From positions 1,922,001-1,986,000 of the forward strand of contig JBLDXI010000029.1 in assembly GCA_047495785.1 (NCBI GenBank): 64,000 nt of DNA, given 5' to 3'. A model generated the notes under the pieces. It was not told the DNA's origin and made no database searches. It worked only from the letters and a program-made list of their open reading frames with translations. A program made the position numbers and the translations under genes. The stretch comes from Lepidodermella squamata (taxonomy: Eukaryota > Animalia > Gastrotricha). Shown piece by piece: positions 59,089-64,000 of this stretch; the first letter of the stretch is position 1; every line of letters starts with the position of its first letter.

Positions 59089-60081
59089 ATGGCTGCTCCG
59101 AACAAGCCCGGAAGTGGTCAGCCTCATGGTTATAGCTCCAACTCGAACGGCGCTGTTTCACAGCAGGGTCAGCAAGTTCAACAGGGTTTACAAGGGTCGA
59201 ATAACTCTGCATCTCAGCTAGGCGTTACACCCCGTGCGATTCAGCCTCAAACTGGCCTTTTAGATTCATACCTTCTGTGCACTCTTGGCAGGCGCGCGAT
59301 CGAGGCTGGCCAAGACCAGCATAAACGGCACCTCATGCTCAAGTGGGATCGTGTGTATTGCGCGATCGCCGATGTTACTGCTATTTTGACGCGCGAGCGC
59401 GACTCGACCCCTGCGGAGTTCGAGTGTCACTTAACGGCAGTGATAGCCGCGGCTCTCCCGAATACCAATCTCGCTACTTTAGATGCGAACCGCGGCTTAA
59501 TTGCCACGAGCGTCTACAACTCCATTGTCAACTACAATAAAAAAACGCGAATCGCCGCGGTTGTAGGTTATTTCACCGAAGCTATTGCCAGCACCGCCCA
59601 ACTCTGTAGCGAGGCTAGCTTTATCGCAATGGTTTTGGTCGGCACGCACCGGGCCCCAGATCCACTAGCCATGAAATTTAATCAAATTGGGGCGGAAAAA
59701 ACAGCAGGATATTTTACCAGCCTGCCGACATACGTCGGCCCAGACGACGTGATTCGCATCTGCGAGAAGCTGGCGAAAGCGCGAAGCGCTCCCGAGCCTA
59801 TATCGCCCATTTTCTATGAGGAGCTGGTGCAATTGCTGCGCGAGGTCCGCGTGTCTCAGTTCGATCTGATGCAATTACCCGATATTCCCAGGCCACCCCA
59901 GTTCCCTGAGGAGGTCTTTCCGTGGCTCTTTCCTCAGCTGGTCAATCCGCAGTCAGGTGAATTTAATATGGATGGCAAAACATGCGAAATTCCGTGACCC
60001 GTTGTTCTCTCACGTGTTTCAATACCTGATTTCTTGCATTTTAAAACGTTCCTCGATAGCGCAACCAATTACTATTCATAT

Positions 60082-60117
<36 letters not shown>

Positions 60118-61321
60118 GTGCATAAATCCCAAAGTTGAGAGCACGATAACAAAAAGTTTCAAGTGGTATAAAAGTGGCAGAAAATTCGAGTCATGTTTCA
60201 ATCCGTTTCATATTCATCTGATAATATTACAGTGCCAGTTTGTACTAGGCGTTCATGCGTTAATCATTCCATACAGACAACATTCATAGCTTAAATTCCT
60301 AATCGCGACTTACATTGTCAATCCAGACAAGTTATTTTTCGTTCAAAAATTAACCACTCACCGCCGAATTAAACCAAATGGGCGTATTGCGTCATTACAG
60401 CAAACAACAAAATAGCAAACTCATTCACTTCGGCATGCAACATAATAAAGCGCGCGCCTTCATCGCGATATTGCACGAGAGTCACGTGGGCGGCTAGCAG
60501 ATCGGCTATTTCGTTGCCGCTTTCATGACGGTTCATGTTTATATATTAAAATAACCACGGAAATAGAATAAAAAAGTAATGAAATACTATTGCGGCTAAA
60601 TGATAAAATTTTCACGACATGAAATGGCCTATATGAACACCTAACCTCAATAATCTCAAGTCTGAATTCAGATAACATGAAATGGAAATGTTTTCACGTA
60701 TTTAATTAAAAGCGCGCCAATTCTTCGAACATTTTTATTTAATATTTCCATTATTAACGTCGCAACTAAAAAACGTCCTTGTTTTACAGCCAAAGCTGGT
60801 TCCTCAAAGACGAAAGAGCGCAAGAAGGTATCTCGCAAAAAACCGAAAACTTCGACATCGCGTAAGACTTCTTATACATGTATAGTCCAAACGTTGGAAA
60901 CGTTTTATTTACAGCATCTGTCGAAGCAGCTGCCGTGCCCGAAGCTGCCGTGCCAGCAGTGGAATTAGAATCGGAAGGTAAATTAAACAAATAATATGAA
61001 TTTCGAGTATAACGTAATACATTCATCTATTTACTAGCTCAAGCTGCTAAAAAAGCTAGAAAGGCGAAGAAAGATAAAGAAAAACCGGTAAAGCTGCCGT
61101 CCCAAAGCAGCTTTCTCAGCATGTCTCAGCCGCCGGTGAAGCAAACGTCACACATCGAACCGCCAGCGCAGATACCGATTATTGTTACCTCATCGCCTCC
61201 GCCTCCGCCTCCGCCCTTGACAAAACTAACGTCGACCGTCGTCTTGCTGAGCGAACCCAGCAGCAGCAGCAGCAGCGGCAGCAGCAACAGCGGTGATAGC
61301 GATGTCGAAGTCAGCGATTGA
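59089..61321 (+). CDS. Hypothetical protein, 4 coding exons (59089-59956, 60789-60861, 60914-60977, 61038-61321), low-complexity ends, Lys-rich NLS-like tracts
   Basis: 302-aa ORF plus three phase-1 GT-AG introns joining in frame to ORF 61121-61321; exon limits approximate. Confidence 0.6.
60081..60116. repeat. (TTTA)n microsatellite
   Basis: Read directly from the sequence. Confidence 0.9.
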
Positions 61322-64000
61322 TTTGAAACGACTGAAGCGAACGAAACAGCGCTATATGTGATATGTTATATATATGTATATATACGATTACTTTCAAATA
61401 CAAATGACGTATGAACAATGTAAAATACGAATTATGTAAATTTCAAAAATTGTAAATAAATATTTTTATACAAATTGAGTAGATTCTTTATTTCTTGAAA
61501 AGTTATCATGCGAATGAAAGAGCAGCCCAAGGTTTGTCTTCGCTGCAGTCATCGGAATCCAAAGGCAACAAAACAATGGAAGGCCGTTGTAAGCGGATTT
61601 GTTAAATTATCGCAAAAAAGAGGGGAGCTGATGAAACTTTGCGAAAACTGTCGCAAATCAATGAACCACGCTGCAAAATGATTTAGGAGAGCTGAGTGCG
61701 AATCGAAGACGGGATAGAAAAATCGACCGTTGAATACTTTCAAAATTAGCAGCCGCCTTTCCTTCGGGGAGAACAAGCGCAGGAGGTGAATGTATTGAGC
61801 GATATATGTATCAATAATTCTGATTTTGTTTAACAATTACGAAACAAGGCATGCGATTTCAAATTTACTGGAAAAATGTATTTCAATAAAAATCACCAGC
61901 TTTCCGGATGATCGCTGAATCTGAATTTTGATCGTTGGTTTGATAAAAAACATTCAAGCCCACACAAGCCAAACTGCGTAGCTAACGAGTATGCACATAA
62001 ATGATCGCCTTTCAAGGCTATTTTATATTTCAGTGGTTTTCAAACTATTTTCGCTCCCGGCCAAAAATGGCGGCTGGCTGGTTACTTTTCCGGCCGCATT
62101 GTCGCCTGAACCCTTAACCAGCCGCTTGGAATGATAAAACAGGTCCCTCCGGGGCCGCACGCCGCTATTATCAAGGTTCGAAGTTTTGAGCGCGCTTTTA
62201 TGCGAAAGAAAGCGTATTTTGAAGCAGTACTTGGGCGTATAAAATAGCCACTACTGTAACGCAGTCCTTTTTCGGGCAGGGTAATTTTGGATACTTTTGG
62301 CTGTGAGCGTCAGCTTCACCACAGCCCTGGTAGATAGAAACACCGTTCACAATGACACCTCAAACATGAGAAACGGATTTCTTTACGAATACTGGTTTCA
62401 CTTTTCCGCAGGTGAGCATCGAGGTACAAATTATTAACTTCCTCAAATGGCAGTATTGTTTGCCGGATATAAGAGATATGAGAATTCAATCGACAGGTTT
62501 CAAACTTTAATATGACCGCTGCAAAGTGAAAAGTGGATCTTGGCGAATTTTTTCACATTTCGGAATGAGAGTTCGGATGTGGGGTGTTGGCCATGACATC
62601 CCGAGTCGATTGGTGAAAACCGTTCGAAAAAATACCTGAAAATGACGGAGATATCGCGTTTAGAAGTTTAGAGAACATTTTCCCACATTTTGAGAAAAAT
62701 GTAAAATTAAAAACCTTATTTTGCGCACAAAAAATGTATTTGCACAAGTTTTCACCGTCATTATCTCCGCATTTCTAAATCGTATTTCTATAAATTGTAT
62801 TCCGTTCGAATGAGCGAGACAAGGCGCTTTTCACACCAGCATTCAATTGGAAAATCAATATAAAATGCCGAAGCCTAAAATTTGTCGGCATTCTTATTTA
62901 AATTTGAATTCCAGCGCGTAATTCCCACTGACATTGATACCTGAAAGTTCCAGGCATTCCAGGACCTATGGCTTGCTATTCTCGATCCCCTAGTGTATTC
63001 TTGTAGCAAGGTCCATGCAAATGTCACTCATCGCGTGTTTGAATACGCAATTGCACACAATAATGTGAGTGGCGATTTAGAGGACTGCGTCTATTACGGC
63101 TGTTGCAGTTTCAAGGGCCAAAAAACGCGAGCGTTGGCAAATGAGGGCGGCTTTTGCTTTTATTGCACACCGGCGAAATGCTAAAACATCGTTTGAGCTT
63201 TCAATGTGCACAAATGTTGATGTCTGCCTCTTAAACAATGCGTACAAAAATGTAGAAAAAAATCGCAAATTAATGCTTCAAAGATTAATGCAAATTTGAG
63301 GTGGATCCGTAGGTCCTATGTAGTTGGGGACGTGAAATTCGGAACCTGCATAAAACTGGATAAGGTTATAAGTTGAAGCCAGAACAGCCTTGGTTGACCC
63401 CGAGACTTGTTTTTCTGGTTGCTGAAAATTATTGAAAAATCGTCAAGATACACTTGGCAGCGGCCATATTTTAGTGAGAATAGCACTGAACTGCGTTGAG
63501 AGCACCAATTCGCCATCGGGGGTTTAAATTCGAAACCATCAACATGCAATCCCTTTAAATCAACAAATTTTATCTCGCTTTAGTGTGAACCTAACTAAAT
63601 TTTTACACTGAGCTGTCCGAAATGACCCCAGTTCTGTCAGTAATTAGCATAAGTATAAGTATAAGTATAATTAACATTCAAATAGCTCAGATCTGACATC
63701 AAATTCTTGATTCCAATATACCTTAAAGCTAAAATTACAGAGAAGACAATGTTTATTGCTAAAAATCCGTTCCCCCGTCTCTGGTGGCTACCCTAGTAGG
63801 GTAGCGTCCAGCCAATGGAATTGTACGTGGCGAAAAACCTTGACCCCGTAAACTTGGCCTGTGCGGCTCACTGCCTCGTTGTCGTCGTATTGACTGGTCC
63901 CGCTGCCAAACCAGAATATGACGAGCGGTTAATCCTGGCTTCCTCGAGCCGATGCCCGCTTGAGCTCATCCGTTTTAGTAATCTAATACTTGGGAGTGAA

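Noticed and set aside
63300-63990. Possible C-type lectin-like exons (FWFG...FHWLD; DCMLM...GALNAVQC)
   Set aside because: Frames contain stops or shifts and the gene runs off the window; evidence too weak.
1-64000. Prokaryotic operon, defence island or endogenous virus interpretation
   Set aside because: Spliceosomal introns and metazoan gene families occur throughout; no capsid, polB or packaging-ATPase motifs were recognised.

Overview
Eukaryotic window from an invertebrate animal, probably a nematode (AT-rich spliceosomal introns with TTTCAG-type acceptors, EB-like Cys-rich modules, a serpentine-receptor-like ORF). Host genes: a PLAC8/cornifelin-like gene running off the left edge, an LRR-Roc(-COR) MFHAS1-like gene with a degenerate GTPase, a non-alpha Cys-loop cation-channel (nAChR-like) subunit, two tandem Cys-rich GPI-type surface-protein paralogues, and two intronless GABA-B-like class C GPCRs that appear nested in the first intron of one of those paralogues. 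Mobile DNA is abundant. (i) A 10.1-kb Mutator/Foldback (NOF-FB-like) element with 771-bp TIRs and a 9-bp TSD, whose spliced transposase is fused to a USP-type (peptidase C19-like) domain, a PPxY motif, a Lys/Pro-rich repeat and probably a second, dead USP-like domain. (ii) A spliced, apparently intact group-2 Helitron RepHel gene (~1,887 aa) beside a dense co-oriented array of small orphan genes, including a dead ResIII-type helicase domain. (iii) An internally deleted Ginger1 element. (iv) Several MITEs with intact TSDs. (v) Minimal type I hammerhead ribozymes of the Penelope type: a 62-bp solo insert with a 13-bp TSD, and an inverted pair. All gene models and motif calls were made by eye; no database searches were run.
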